A stretch of 64,000 nucleotides of DNA, taken from NCBI GenBank assembly GCA_008632985.1, contig QPGO01000056.1, positions 124,001 to 188,000 of the forward strand. Reading direction: 5' to 3'. Positions 51,590 through 64,000 of the stretch are shown piece after piece. A program made the translations under genes and the position numbers. A model generated the notes under the pieces. The model did no database searches. It was not told where the DNA came from and saw nothing but the letters and a program-made list of their open reading frames with translations. Within the stretch, counting starts at the first letter, position 1, and each line of letters starts with the position of its first letter. Origin of the DNA: Psammoneis japonica (lineage: Eukaryota).

Positions 51590-53425
51590 ATGCTTTTTTC
51601 CAGTCAAGCTTTGGGCGCAGTTGTACGTCGGATCGCACCCTATGCACTTGGAGGAGGAGCCTGTAGCATTATTGTCAAAGAACTACGTGTTCCCCAGCTC
51701 TCACCAAACACTGTGCTTGATATTGACCACGACACCATACAAGTCACGGAGCACAATTTTTCAGCGAAAGCCCAACTTGATCCTAAAGCGCTCCAGTCTC
51801 GTGACATTTTGCGGGCTTTGGACGCGGCTGGGAAGGATCCAAATATCTCCGGCATCCGAGTAATGGGTAACACCACCAGCGAAGAGCTTCCTTGGGTAAA
51901 AATAGAAGAGCTCAACCGGGGATTTGATCGTTTCCGGCAGGACCATGGCAAGCCTTTATCCTTCGCATGCAATGCAATGTCTAAACCGACTGTGCGACAG
52001 CAGTTCCTTGCAGCTCCCTTTTCTTCTGTTGAATGGGGCTCTGGCCCCGATTCTGATATCCTTACAGGAATCTCGTCTATACACACATACTATGGTGACA
52101 TTTGGAAGAATTTCGGCGTTCGCTTTTATGTCGTTAAAAACGGAAAATTCAAGGCTGTGCCGCAAATGGCATCTTCTGGATCGACTGGACCCGAAAGCTC
52201 AAACCGAAAAGATGTTCTGACAAGCATCTACAACATTGTTTCGGAAGCTGTTGTAGCTCGCCATAATCGACAGACTGAACAGGTTCCCTCTGCCAGTGGT
52301 TACATCCCTCTTCATGTCTACATGGAGCGACTTGAGAAGGAAGAAACGATGAAGAATATTGTGACGAATTGTGAAAAGTTCATCAATGATATCTTTCTCG
52401 TCACTAGTATCCAAGCCAAGAACCAGGCTTTGCATAATGACGACCCATGCGATAGTCTTGAGATTCCTCATTCAAACAAGCCACCTAAGATCCCCGTTGT
52501 CTACATACAAGGTTCACTAACAGCAAGTGATAAAGGGACAAGAGCTGCGATGGAAGCTTTGCAACAAATCAAGGACGAGATTGAAGCTGGGGTCAATATT
52601 CCGCACGTTGTTCTCCGAGTCGATTCACCGGGAGGCGACGTTAGCTGCACCATGGAGGTCCACTCTCTCATTGAGAATCTCAATGTACCCGTCACCGTCT
52701 CTTTTGGAGAATATGCTGCCAGCGGTGGGTACCTGATCTCGGCTCAAGCAGATCGGATATTCTCGAACAGGACTACGATTACCGGATCTATTGGAGTCTA
52801 TGTCATTTTTCCCAATTTTGCTCAGGGTTTGAAGCAGTTTGGGATCAACATTGAGCGAACAGTTGTCGGGCACATCGATGACCAGCATGACCATGAACTA
52901 AATGCATTGCTTCCAATGAATCGACGATTCAAAGCATCTCTCGAGAAATGGTCTGCCACAGTCTATCATGCATTCAAATTCCTTGTTGCACGAGGACGTG
53001 GCATGTCGATGCGTCAGGTCCAAGCGATTGCACAGGGACGTCTATATACAGGCGATCAAGCAAAAGACAAGGGACTGGTTGATGAGATTGGAGGTCTGCA
53101 AGATGCAATTGACTATGTTCGTGAGAAGCACACCATGCCGGGTGAAGATGATGCCATTGTTGAGTACTATCCAAAGCCTGAGCCAGTTACCTTCCAACAC
53201 CATGTCGAGCATTGGTTGCTGGGAGTGGAAGATACGACGGCAGCAAAAGATGCGTTGTTGGACTTGCTCCCTGTGAACCTTGCGGGTGGTATAATGAGTC
53301 AAATCATGGGAAACAAGGAGTGCACACCAAATGCTTCGTCTATGACGCTTTTGGTTGCTGACGAAAAGACTGCCACTGAAATGGTCATGAAGGAGCTGGG
53401 GTTCGAATCATCAAATAGAAGTTAA
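51590..53425 (+). CDS. sppA: Signal peptide peptidase A (protease IV, S49)
   Basis: Motifs VVLRVDSPGG, YAASGGY, TITGSIGV, AQGRLYTG.QA..GLVDEIGG. First ATG used is 51590. Confidence 0.88.
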   Translation: MLFSSQALGAVVRRIAPYALGGGACSIIVKELRVPQLSPNTVLDIDHDTIQVTEHNFSAKAQLDPKALQSRDILRALDAAGKDPNISGIRVMGNTTSEELPWVKIEELNRGFDRFRQDHGKPLSFACNAMSKPTVRQQFLAAPFSSVEWGSGPDSDILTGISSIHTYYGDIWKNFGVRFYVVKNGKFKAVPQMASSGSTGPESSNRKDVLTSIYNIVSEAVVARHNRQTEQVPSASGYIPLHVYMERLEKEETMKNIVTNCEKFINDIFLVTSIQAKNQALHNDDPCDSLEIPHSNKPPKIPVVYIQGSLTASDKGTRAAMEALQQIKDEIEAGVNIPHVVLRVDSPGGDVSCTMEVHSLIENLNVPVTVSFGEYAASGGYLISAQADRIFSNRTTITGSIGVYVIFPNFAQGLKQFGINIERTVVGHIDDQHDHELNALLPMNRRFKASLEKWSATVYHAFKFLVARGRGMSMRQVQAIAQGRLYTGDQAKDKGLVDEIGGLQDAIDYVREKHTMPGEDDAIVEYYPKPEPVTFQHHVEHWLLGVEDTTAAKDALLDLLPVNLAGGIMSQIMGNKECTPNASSMTLLVADEKTATEMVMKELGFESSNRS

Positions 53426-54201
53426 ATGCTGGCACGCCATCTGTTGAATCATAATGTATTTAACAAAGAGACATTCGACACAGTACTGTAGTCAAGGCGC
53501 GAGAATTGGAATGTCGTAACTTCTAGTTGTACGATAGTGAAACACTTGCATTTAATGGAATCTTTTAAGCTCAGCGTGTCGCCAGACCTGTTTGTCGCAT
53601 AAGGCGAACGTAGTCAGTGTGAGAAAGCGTATCTCTCATAACTGGATGTGTATGTGTTAAGTGTAAAGAACTTCCCGCCAAAAAGTCGTGCTTTGAGTCT
53701 TGTGTGCTGAATTTGCTTCGTTTTTCTTCACACCTTCAAAAGACACCATAAAGACAACTTTGAACTTCAAATGATGGAGGCAATCTCTAGCAGAATCCAA
53801 CAAACAAGCCCAAGTTGCGTATCGCCGGATGCACTAGTACGATTAGGGGCTGATCAGTTGCTTGCTAATACCATTTCGTGACGAAGCGCCGCATACGGTA
53901 CTGCGTTTCTTGGACCTGTTGGGTAGCTTAAGATAGTGGTGAACTTGAGGAGCAGCAATGATGAGCATGCAAACGATATCTGCTAGTCGATGACGACAAT
54001 GTTCCAGTAGACTATTTGAGAGGATGAAAATCATTTGGTGGGACTTAGGTGAGACGGGTTTAGCTACTCACGGACATAGAAAATCCACAATAGCTAGTAA
54101 CCACGTCACACATTTCTTTAGTATGCCTCAATCCCACCCCAAAGCATGATGGAGAACAGCACTACGTACTGGAATGCCGTAAGGCAACGAGCATACACAA
54201 A

Positions 54202-55690
54202 CTAAGGCAATTTCGGCCACTCATACCCTGACTTGTACGCCGCTCCATTTTGCAAATCACAATACATCTTCATTGCCTGGCGATACAATCCCTTTATCCT
54301 CTTGTCCTCTTCTGACCCTTCCTCGTATCCGCTATCAAAATCTCGAACAATGCAACCGGCGCCGTATTCTGCAAGAATTCTCTGTTTGGATTGCTCCTGC
54401 TTGAGTTTGTTGTGATGCAACTTTGGATCCACAAACTTATCCACAATAGTCTTGTCGAGTCGTCCAGGTGGTTTTTGGACGTTGCACTTGGTTGTCAATT
54501 CGTCCGCTATCCGTTGCACCTCGGTGAGTGGGTCGGCAAGGATGGCTTCGTTGCTCGAAAGTACCCTTCCATTGTCATTTTTAGAAGAGAATTCACATAT
54601 TATGGAATGGACAAAAAGCCAAGTCAGTTTTTACCGGTTCAATGCATGGTTCGTACACAAGTGAAAAAAAATGAATCAACCACACAATCAAAACACAAGT
54701 AGTAAGTTTCACCTACCGACACAAGCCTTTTGAATTTTGAATGGCACGCATATTATAGACAATCCACAAGCGGAGCCCATGATCTAATCCAAAGTTTGCT
54801 TCCCTCTTGTTGAGTGACTTGGCAACCTCAAGCGGATGTCGATACGTAAACACAACAGCCGGTTCCGACTTGAGCAGCTTGAGCCACGTAGGCAGCGTAA
54901 TGCACATTCGGGGATCCTTCTGTAACCACGGCGTATTCGCAGGGTCATTTAGAAATCTTAATCCTTTCGTACCCTCTTTAAACGTGACGACACTGTCGCG
55001 TTTGTGTTGCAGTGCTTTTTCCGCATCATAGTTAATGACATTCTGTGACCATGAGATCCTCTGCGCAGCCATGAATTCATCGTTTTGTAGGACAACATCG
55101 ACTCTCTCAAAAAAGCCCTTTTCATTGTCAAAGGCAGCCCCGATTAATGGTTCACCAACCTTGTAGCCCATACCTGTAACTAAAAGACCCGACAGTAACG
55201 ATGTACCAGAACGATGCATTCCCAAAACAACAAATCCCGAGCGCTGTCCACGAGTATTGAGTTTCTGTTGCGAAACTCGTTTCCGGGCTCGCAACACTCG
55301 AAACTCCGCTTCGGCTGCTTTCAACAAGCTCTCATCCGTCACATCATGACCTTGTCTGAAATTATGAATCTGTGACTTTAACAAACTTGCCGCCTTGGAA
55401 ATCTTTTCTTGTCCCACAGATGCCGCATGATGGGCAATCTGTCCCCCCGGTGCGTGGGGGAGATGGGCACCTTCCAACGGACTCGATGGAGAGACATTAT
55501 TATCACCCAACATTGGAACGAGACATGTCAAGATGAGAATGTAAAGACAGAGGAAACATGCAATACCAGCTGTAGCAGGGAGCCCAAACGACAAGTAGTA
55601 CGAGAATTTGTCGGTTCTGTGGTATCGTCTTTTTGATGACCTTTGTGAATTATTACGGGACGATCGCTGTCGATCTGTCGATTCAATCAT
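54202..55690 (-). CDS. Type II membrane sulfotransferase-family protein
   Basis: N-terminal TM segment, VLGMHRSGTS (PAPS loop), DNEKGFFE, KDPR and RHPLEVA.SL. One intron at about 54715-54565. Confidence 0.85.
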
Positions 55691-56742
55691 ATTGGAAAAA
55701 AATTATCGGGTGTCTCGAATATATATCACAAAAATTCTTAAAAGCACAACCCGCTGACAAGTTTCAAGAAGTGCAGGGAACATGCCATTGCCTCTTGTAG
55801 TATTACCGGTGGGTCATTGCCGTATCATGCATACAGTGTACGGTACATTGTCTCGACCGTGCTAAGGATCTGTCCGACGTCCGCAAGCGACATCCAGTTG
55901 CCTTTCGCGCGATCCGTGGGATTTAGCGCGGAGAGACGTTTTTTTTTCGGAGCGTGGATTTTTGTGTGTTTTTGGAGATGACGCTGCGGCGTCCCATGCT
56001 CGGCCTTGTTTGTGCTATTCTTCATCGTTTTCGTTCATTTGAAGACACGGATGTTACTTTTAGGAGGTCGACTGGTTAGACAAGGGCCTTGGTTTGGCGA
56101 GGAACGGTGTTGTGTGTATGGAAATCGAAACATGGGTCTTTTTGCTTTTGTCAGCCACATTTCTGAGCAGCAAAACCCACACTTTGATCTTCATTCGTTC
56201 AGTTCACTTCCACTGATGACACCCACTGTTGATGACAATTGACCACAGTCACGAAAAGTTTCCCATGTCTTGGTCATGCTGTGTGTTTGATTTGTGGCGA
56301 GAAACATTGCACTGTCACATTGACAGGAATCGCCACAAAAAATGAGGATTTGTGATGACCCACACTTGGATCTTTGTTTGCCCAATGCACCTTTTCTGTT
56401 GCTTGCCTTTGGCAGTGCATCTTTGTCATAGATGCAAAAAACATCTCCTGTCTTGTGCATGTTGTGTCTTTGATTTGTGGCGAGCAACATCGGCCACACT
56501 CGTGTGGTCTCACACTGGCATTTTTTGACTGACACCGACCCATGTTTTGATGTTTGTTTGTTCATTTCCTCTCTTTGCTCACACTTCTTTGATTGAATCT
56601 TTTCGTTTTACAGTTTTGAAAGCTTTGTGCTCTCTTGCACTTGCTTTGGGGGTGGGGTCTGTCATCTCACAGCTGTTGCCTCAGAGAACCTTGTCGACAG
56701 AGCAACTGAAGAAAAGCATCCTCTGGTGCTGAGAATGATTCT

Positions 56743-59700
56743 TTGAATGAGACCACCAACAGTGGGTCCAGCTCTGTTGTGGTGGGTCAGACCAGTGAGG
56801 AAAGTCTTTGGTCCAAAACAAGCAAGGACAAGCTGAACTTGACAGGGCATCCTGAAGTGTTTGACCTCGCCCTCATTCGACCCGGGCACATCGACAAGAA
56901 ACTCATGTTGGGTTGCATGGCCACTGCGGATGTGATTGACATGCTGCAACACTCCTGCTTCCAGACCACACTGACCAACATTCAATGAGAACATGTGCAA
57001 CATGTCACTTTGGACAGCACATCCAAGGATCGCCCTTGGCAATTTTTGACCTGGTGTGGGCAGAGCATGTTGATTGACTCAACTCCAGTGCAGCAAGAGT
57101 CAACAACACGCCAAAGCAACCTGGATGTTAAAGCATTGGAACAAATGCATGACAACAACTCAATTCAATCCTAAAATTTGAACAGCCCTTGCTGACTGCT
57201 GCCCATGCCAAGCCTTCAACAATGCCTGGCATGCCATTCAATCTACAACCATGGGGGGGGGGGTCAGAGTGCACATGCAATGGTGCAAAACAAGTGCAAC
57301 TCAGCATTTGCAGTTGTGGGCAGAAACACTGCACAAAACTGAAAGTCATCTTGGATTCCCAATCAACATCAAATGCAGTGACAGCTGTTCCTGCCACTGA
57401 TGCTGCTTCTGGCCAATGTCTTTTGCAGTCCTGGTCTTCTGCCAGGACTGCCTCCATTGGTCTGGTGAGCCATCACATGTGAGATGGTGGTTCAAGGTGG
57501 GGTGGTCACAAAAATTCTCAAATTCTTCTTTGATGCACCCATCCAGAATGCTGCAAGTTTGCAGAAGGCTTTTGCAGTGCCAGGCAGCAATCACAACCCA
57601 GGATGACTCTGCCATGTGAGATGTTGCATGTCAAGTGCAAGAAAGTGAGTTTGTGGATCATCAAACAGATGCTTCCCCACTCCCCACGACAAGCACTCTG
57701 ATCACTTTCCCTGCCTGGAATCTGATTGACACCGTGGCATTGGTGTGAGTGACCTTCTGATGGAAACAACATCACATCTGGTGCTGTTGCTGCCTGTTGT
57801 TTCCTTGAATTGGCTGTCTGCCACAATGTTGGTTGTTCCTGCAATGGTTTCTTCAGCAAGCACAGATTCATTGGGTTGCTGTTGTGTGGCAGGCAGGACC
57901 ATTCAATGGGGTCAGTCTCCTTCTCAAGTTCCATTGATGTGAAGCTGGTGGTCGTGAGCTTGTTGCTTTCATTTTGCATCACTTCAGTTGGGGGAGAATC
58001 CCTGGGCAATTTGTTCTCATGGTCCACTTGGATGGCAGACTTGTTTCCCTCTGCTGCGCTGTGTTGAGGATGTCTTGAGTGGCATTCCATGCCCTTGAGT
58101 CATCCCTGATCCCCTTTTGCTTGCTCCTTCTTGTTGTCCCTCCAGTCTGCCTCACTCTGCTGTGCTGCCTTGCCAACCCAACCAATTCTGCCCAACACCT
58201 GGCACTGCAAAGCCTCAGTCATCTGCACAATGGTTTCCACACTCTTCAATCTGTTGAGAACGAACAAATTGAAATGCAACAGTTGTGAGAAAAGAGTTTG
58301 AATGTCTCAGCAAAATCTCAGAATGAGAGTTTGACCATTTTTGGACTTTCTCCTGCCTCTCTTTTCTCATGTGCACTTTTCCAAGTGCAATGAAGCATGT
58401 CATGCATTGGCATTGTTGGCAGGAAAAGTTTGGCGGCAGCAAAGTGGCATCAGCTGTTGTGAGATTCAAGCATGAGTGGCAGGAGCAAGAAAATCACAGA
58501 AGGAGTTTTGTCCATTGTTCTTGGACTTTGTCTTGCCTCCATTTTCATGGATGCACTTGTCAGAGTAAAATGTGGCATGTGATGTGTCAGTGTTGTTGGT
58601 GGGAAAAGGTTTGGCAGCACAATCCAGCATTGGCTGTTGCTGCCGTCATGGTTGCTCTGTTTCCTTGTGTTGTTTGGGCGAGCAACGTCTGGGAGTTGTG
58701 CATGCAAATTCACTGTTGTGAACAATGACTCATGTCAAGCAATTGATTGATTGTCTTCATGCAGCACATGGGTCGATGCCTCACGCAGCTTGTGAACTTC
58801 CCTCATGCAGCATGTGAAGTCATGAGCCACACAAGGTTGAGCAATGAGAGTTCGTGTTGTGCAGCATGACTTCCCTTGTGCAGCTTGTAAAGTTGCAAGC
58901 TGCACAAGGGAGATTTGCTTGTTAATGCCAATCACATCAGATCCCCATTTGGCATTGAGAACTTTTCCATTTTGGACTCAGCAATGAAGGATCTGAGATT
59001 TTGTCAGGACTCCTCTGTTCCTGTCATTTGTGCTTCTCATCCCGGTGGCCCACTCATTTGAGGTCCATCCAAAATGTGCAAATGCAAGCAACAAACCAGC
59101 TGAGCACCATCCTGGCCATTGTTGACAATGAACCTTGGGAGTTGCTGCAACCTCCTTGTCTTCAGCAGTTTTCATGTTCTTCCTCATCCTTTGCACCTTG
59201 GTGTGCTGTCATTTCTTCCTTGGACACTTCGGGCTCATCACCCTCTTCTTGCTTGTGGCTCATGGCTGCTGCTCAAATCATTGCTGGCCACCGCATGTTC
59301 ATCCTCAACTTGCTTTGCTTGCATCAGCTGAACCAATCGTCTTGTCTGGAGCTGACACATTGTCATCCTCTTCTGAAGAGCTCATTGTTGGAACAGACAC
59401 AACATTGATTTTTCCCATGCAAAAACAACAATGAGACAAGCTTTGTTTTAAAAGAATTGTGGCAAATTTGCGGCCCACATGTGGGTCGCAAAAATTTGTG
59501 ATGAGAATTTTGCGGCCCACATGTGGGCCGCAAAATTGCACGTTAAGCGTCTGATGCGATTGGTGTCAAAGAATGACCATTCACTTGAATGTTGTCACCC
59601 CGTGGCTTTGCCCATGCTGTTTGATGAGCTGCCCACCCTTTCTGCCACCCCAGCACAAGTGGATCAACTCACAGCAGAGCAAGACAATGTGGAAGACATG

Positions 59701-59760
59701 ATTTCAGTGTTGAAAAAGAAAGCCGCATCTCTGTTGTTGCACGCAAGATGCACCTTGGAA
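56743..59760 (+). pseudogene. BCS1-like AAA ATPase gene fragment split by a ~2.5-kb insertion
   Basis: KDKLNL...HPEVFDLALIRPGHIDKKLMLGCM at 56820-56920 and TPAQVDQLTAEQDNVEDMI at 59645-59705. Confidence 0.65.
59464..59537. repeat. Two adjacent palindromes
   Basis: Perfect 32-bp palindrome aattttgcggcccacatgtgggccgcaaaatt at 59506-59537, with a near-identical copy at 59464-59497. Confidence 0.9.
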
Positions 59761-60409
59761 AAAGCTCAACCTCTTCCATTCATTTCAACCTTTGATCTTT
59801 CAATTTCTCAAACTTGTCATTCCATGCTTCCTCACATTGCGCACATGGCACAATGACATGTCCATGGTGCATCCATGCTTGCCAGCTTTTGGATCCGATC
59901 AGACAACTGCAGACCTCCCACTTTCAATTTCAATGGTGATGATGTCTCCTGTGACATTGCTCTCTGCAACTGCAGGTGGAGGCCATGACAGCTTTGAAAC
60001 CACTGCATCATGCTCTCCAAAATGGAAGGTCATCTCTTCTCATCATGGCTGCTGAGGTGGTCAAATTGTCCACATTCACATGGCGCAGCAAACGTTTCAG
60101 TTTGTCTGAGCTTTTTTCAAGCTCTTGTGGAGCAAACTGGCTTTCTTCTGCTTCTTCCTCACCATGTCAGCCATGCAACATGGGTTCTTGTCAGGCACAG
60201 GCTCTTGAGGCAATGCTTCAGACATTGACACACCAAGAAAGTCAGTCTGATTCGATTCTCCCATCAAGACCCATCCACAGTGCAATTTCTGCGGCCCACA
60301 TTTGCCTTGCTCAGGCGACACTTGCGGCATGTTTCTTCCATCCACACTGACAGTGGAACCTCTGCCCAAGCATCTTCACTCAAATTCTCAGTGCCTTGTT
60401 TGCACTGGC

Positions 60410-61320
60410 GACTTGTTCCAGACTTAGGTGCCCTCACGCGCGAAAAAATGACCCTTTTCGCATGAAACGCGCGGTCCACACTTGCGGTACCATTTTCGAT
60501 AGTAAAAACATAACAATTTTCAAATGTGTTGTTATGGGTACATACAGAAAGGTCTTGTGCGTGTACCCATGTATTCGAAACTGTGGATGGACTCAGTTAT
60601 TAGTCCCTAAATTGTACCGTAAGTTGAGAGCTCTGTTTTCCGAGGAGCGATTTATAGATGTCTAAATGTGTGTAGAAACGTATAAAATATTATTCTTATA
60701 TATAAATGAACCCTCTAACATAACATAATTAATCTTTGGTTACAATGCGCGAATACAACTTTGATTCAACGGATCGAATAAAACATACGTTGATTGATAA
60801 GTTTCGGACGACGTGAGAAGAAGGGTAGCTCAGCCCACGCAATGGCGTCGACTTCGGACCATTTTTCACTGTTTAAGAGGCATAAACGATTGAGACACTT
60901 GAATCCGTCGAATATATTGAGGAAGTATACATGGTAATGGCAAAGAAATGGTCCTTAGAGGCAAATTGTGAGTGAATTGAGGCTCAATTGTTGTTGCTGA
61001 CAGATTTAGTATTATTGTGCCGCGCTGCAACCTGTAACAAGCATTTTCACTATTGTTGTTGATGCCATAGACTATATCAAATACGGAGGTCCTCGTCATG
61101 ACATTAAATTTTCCATAAGGCTGAAAAAAGTGGGCCGTCATGGTCACTGAAAGCCATGGCCGGTTTGGCTGTTTGTTTGTTCGAGTTTATTCTGTTTATT
61201 TTACTTAAAAGCAATTGATATGATCAATATAATGAAATATGTACGATGTTGTATAAAGCATAAAAAAATTTTTTTCTGCGAAAAGGGGCAGTTGCGCGCC
61301 ACCTAAGTCTGGAACAAGTC
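60410..61320. mobile_element. Non-autonomous DNA transposon (MITE) with 21-bp perfect TIRs and 4-bp TSD TGGC
   Basis: gacttgttccagacttaggtg (60410-60430) pairs with cacctaagtctggaacaagtc (61300-61320). tggc lies at 60406-60409 and 61321-61324. The interior is AT-rich and non-coding. Confidence 0.88.
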
Positions 61321-61629
61321 TGGCAGCCAGCAGCAATTTTCAACCCATCTTCACTTTTGTGTGGAACAAAAAAAAGTCACACCTGGGGAAGGAAGCAAAC
61401 ATGGGAGCCGCAACTGCCTGCAAAACTTGCCTTCTCAATGATGCCATCAATGGTTCTTGCACTTCTCTTGCATGACATTGTGTTCATTTCCACATGACTT
61501 TGTATTTTTCCTTGTTTGAAATGTCAATCATGACTCACGTGACATTTTTGAATGATTCCCATTGTGTTGTGCTCAATGGCTGGCTTGGAAAACATGACAG
61601 AAATGCCAGGATTGGCTTCTGTGCAACAA

Positions 61630-62320
61630 TTTGGACTGATGTTGTGTGTTTGATTTGTTTGGTCATGCATGCACCCTTGGAGAAGTTGAGCATGATCAAT
61701 CTCGAGCTCATCTCATTGTTGGGCATGCTGCAAGCAACAGCCCTTTTGCATCGTTTGCATGCAATGCCTCTCTGCTTGGAGCTCAACAATCAGCAATGCC
61801 TGGATTGGCTTTAACACAACAAGAAGTTTGGACAACATTTGTGCATTTGATTTGTTTGGTTCACATGCATTTGCAGTGAGCGTGATCAATCTTGCACTCA
61901 TCCTCATTGTTGGATGTGTTGGAGCTGCTTTCGCGTCATTTGTGCACAATGCCTCAGCTTGGAACTCAACAATGACACATGGATTTTCTTTTGAACAACA
62001 AGTTTGGAAAACATTTGTGCGTTTGATTTGTTTGGTTCACATGCATTTGCAGTGAGCGCGACCAATCTCGCGCTCATCCTCATTGCTGGACACACTGGAG
62101 CCGCTTCTTTTGCGTCATTTGTGTGCACGATGCCTCAGCTTGGAACTCAACAATGACACCTGGATTTTCTTTTACACAACAAGTTTGGACAAAATTTGCA
62201 TGTTTGATTTGTTTGGTTCACATGCATCCACAGTGAGCACAATCAATCTCGCGCTCATCCTTGTTGTGCGGCGTGCAGGGACCGCTTTTTTGCATCGTTT
62301 GCATGCAATGGCTCTGGCTG
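61630..62320. repeat. Tandem repeat, ~180-195 bp unit, about 4 copies
   Basis: tttgatttgtttgg recurs near 61649, 61846, 62022 and 62203. Confidence 0.9.
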
Positions 62321-63406
62321 CTTGGCATGCATTTGCATTTCAATCTAATTCAGGTGCCATGTTACACAAGCACGGAACTGTTTGGCTCTGCCAGATGGCA
62401 GCTCATTGCATTTTGTCCAGAGCTCTGCTGTGGCCATTTGCTTTTTTTAAGTTGCCATGTGCCCTGCTTCGCATGGTGATTTTTTGGTGTCATTGACAGA
62501 ATGACAAAAAAGAGGGGAGGAGAGAGAGAGGAGAGAGAGAGGAGAAGAGAGGAGAAAAGAGAGGAAAGAGAGGAAAAGGGAGAAGAAGGCAGAAAGAGTT
62601 CAATGCTGCAAGTCCAAGTGCGTGTTGTCATGCTTTGTTTTGATGCAAAAAAGCATGTTCTTTAGTGTGCCTCCGATGAATGTGAAAAGACATAAAGTTT
62701 GTAGAAACAAAGCACAAGAAAAAGTTTTCCATGTTCAAGTGAGGGTGCACCCACGACACCCAGACAACGCAGTGCAGAAAACCATCCATCACAAAAAACC
62801 ACGTGCTGCAGAAGCAGCCGATGCTCGATCATTGCCGTCAAACCTTCTCTTGCAAACAACACATTAATGCAGGTCAATTCCACAATTTGCTCTGTTGTTG
62901 TGTGTCCAAGAAAACAGAGGTGAGAAAGTCCCAAAATGGGTGAAAACTCCTTCTGTGTTTTTGCTGCTGTTGGCATTGCTTGATTCTCACAACTTTCACA
63001 CTTCAATTTTGTTTTTCTCGACAGATCGAAGAGCACAGACCATCCTTGTTTTGAGAATGTGTTTGATTCAACTCCTTCCCATGGAGTGAAAGAAAACACC
63101 TTGATGAGCATCGTTGCTTTATTTTGCCGCCGCCACCACGTGCTGCATGAGGCAAGAACATGCCCTGAGCATTTCTTTCATGCGATTCCACGCAGTGAGT
63201 GGTGCTCCCTTGTTCAGGGACCAAAAGGGCATGGGAGTCAGCTGTGTTGGAGAAGATGGCATTGGAGCAGGTGGTTTTGGAGCAGTGGCTGCGTGCAGGG
63301 GCTGCGATGTTGCCGTCCATGGTTGGCAAGGAGTTGGGCCACTGTGACGCCATCGATGGATGTTGGGAATGCAGTCAACTCTGCTGAAGAGCACACGACA
63401 AATCGC

Positions 63407-63773
63407 AGCTGTGAGTGGGGACTGCAATGCGACAACGCCGTCAATGGACCTCAGGAAAAAGCAGGGGTTGCGGGAACGCCAAGGGGCTGTGGTTGAGCCA
63501 TCGGGCTGTGGTGTCACCATTGGGACACCGGTCAAAAGTCGAAACAGCAGCGGCAGCAAGAGATGGAAATGGACGTGCCTGTTGTGAGGGCACATGTCGT
63601 AGCTTCGAGTGGGGACTGCAATGCAATGAAGCCATCAATGGACCTTGGGAAAGGGTGGGGGCTGCGGAAATGCTGAGGGGCTGCAGTGATGTCACCATTG
63701 GGATGCCGGTCGAAAGTCGAAATGGCAGCGGCAGCGAGAGATGGAAATGGATCTGCCTGTCATGAGGGCACAT
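63407..63773. repeat. Tandem duplication, ~175-190 bp unit
   Basis: gagtggggactgcaatgc...gagatggaaatgga...gagggcacat occurs twice. Confidence 0.9.
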
Positions 63774-64000
63774 TTGCTTTTTGTTTTGACAGAAGGCAAG
63801 TTTTGATTGCTCTTGCTGGTGATTGCCAGTCTAGCTGCATGGCACAATGATTTCCCAACTGTGGATGCATCTGGTGCTCACATGAATGTCTGCCTCCATG
63901 TCCTTTGCAGTCTTGACATTGGCAGGCACGGCAAGTCCTCCTGCCCCTTTTCTCTTTGTCAGGGCCATGCCTTCCAGGACAATGATTTTGCAAGTTTGGT

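Larger units (their letters stand above)
56120..60409. repeat. TpA-depleted repeat island 5
   Basis: TA and CG loss, and Tyr-free ORFs. Confidence 0.85.
61321..64000. repeat. TpA-depleted repeat island 6
   Basis: TA loss. Contains tandem repeats and a GA-rich tract at 62505-62597. Confidence 0.85.

Noticed and set aside
62505..62597. GA-rich purine tract as a functional element
   Set aside because: It is low-complexity sequence inside a repeat island with no further support.
61630..63773. CRISPR-like array
   Set aside because: The units are ~180-bp degenerate tandem repeats without unique spacers, in a eukaryotic context with no cas genes.

Overview
Eukaryotic nuclear DNA, very probably from a diatom: it has short GT-AG introns, bipartite plastid presequences (AF-type cleavage motifs), a CoDi-like copia element and a large APE-RT-RNaseH LINE. 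About 16 host genes are present: ABCG transporter 3' end, a plastid protein, POLD2, a disrupted LamG secreted protein, ArfGAP, insulinase, 5'-nucleotidase/EF-hand, FabD, an LRR protein, a LarA-like protein, a GOST 7TM protein, histone H3, a hypothetical protein, SppA and a sulfotransferase. These alternate with six repeat islands (~4990-16520, 19150-25270, 26670-29960, 33700-35320, 56120-60400, 61320-64000). The strongest signal is that inside the islands TpA is almost absent on both strands. Conserved Tyr codons of LINE, copia, piggyBac and a host-gene fragment now read Cys or His, in addition to ordinary CpG decay. This looks like a repeat-targeted, RIP-like A-to-G (T-to-C) hypermutation at TpA that spares YTAR contexts, and I do not know it as a described system. 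Other notable items are a 12-nt micro-exon in histone H3, unmutated MITEs/foldbacks, and a nickel-pincer LarA-family gene in a eukaryote. All counts are manual and approximate, and family assignments come from remembered motifs, not database searches.
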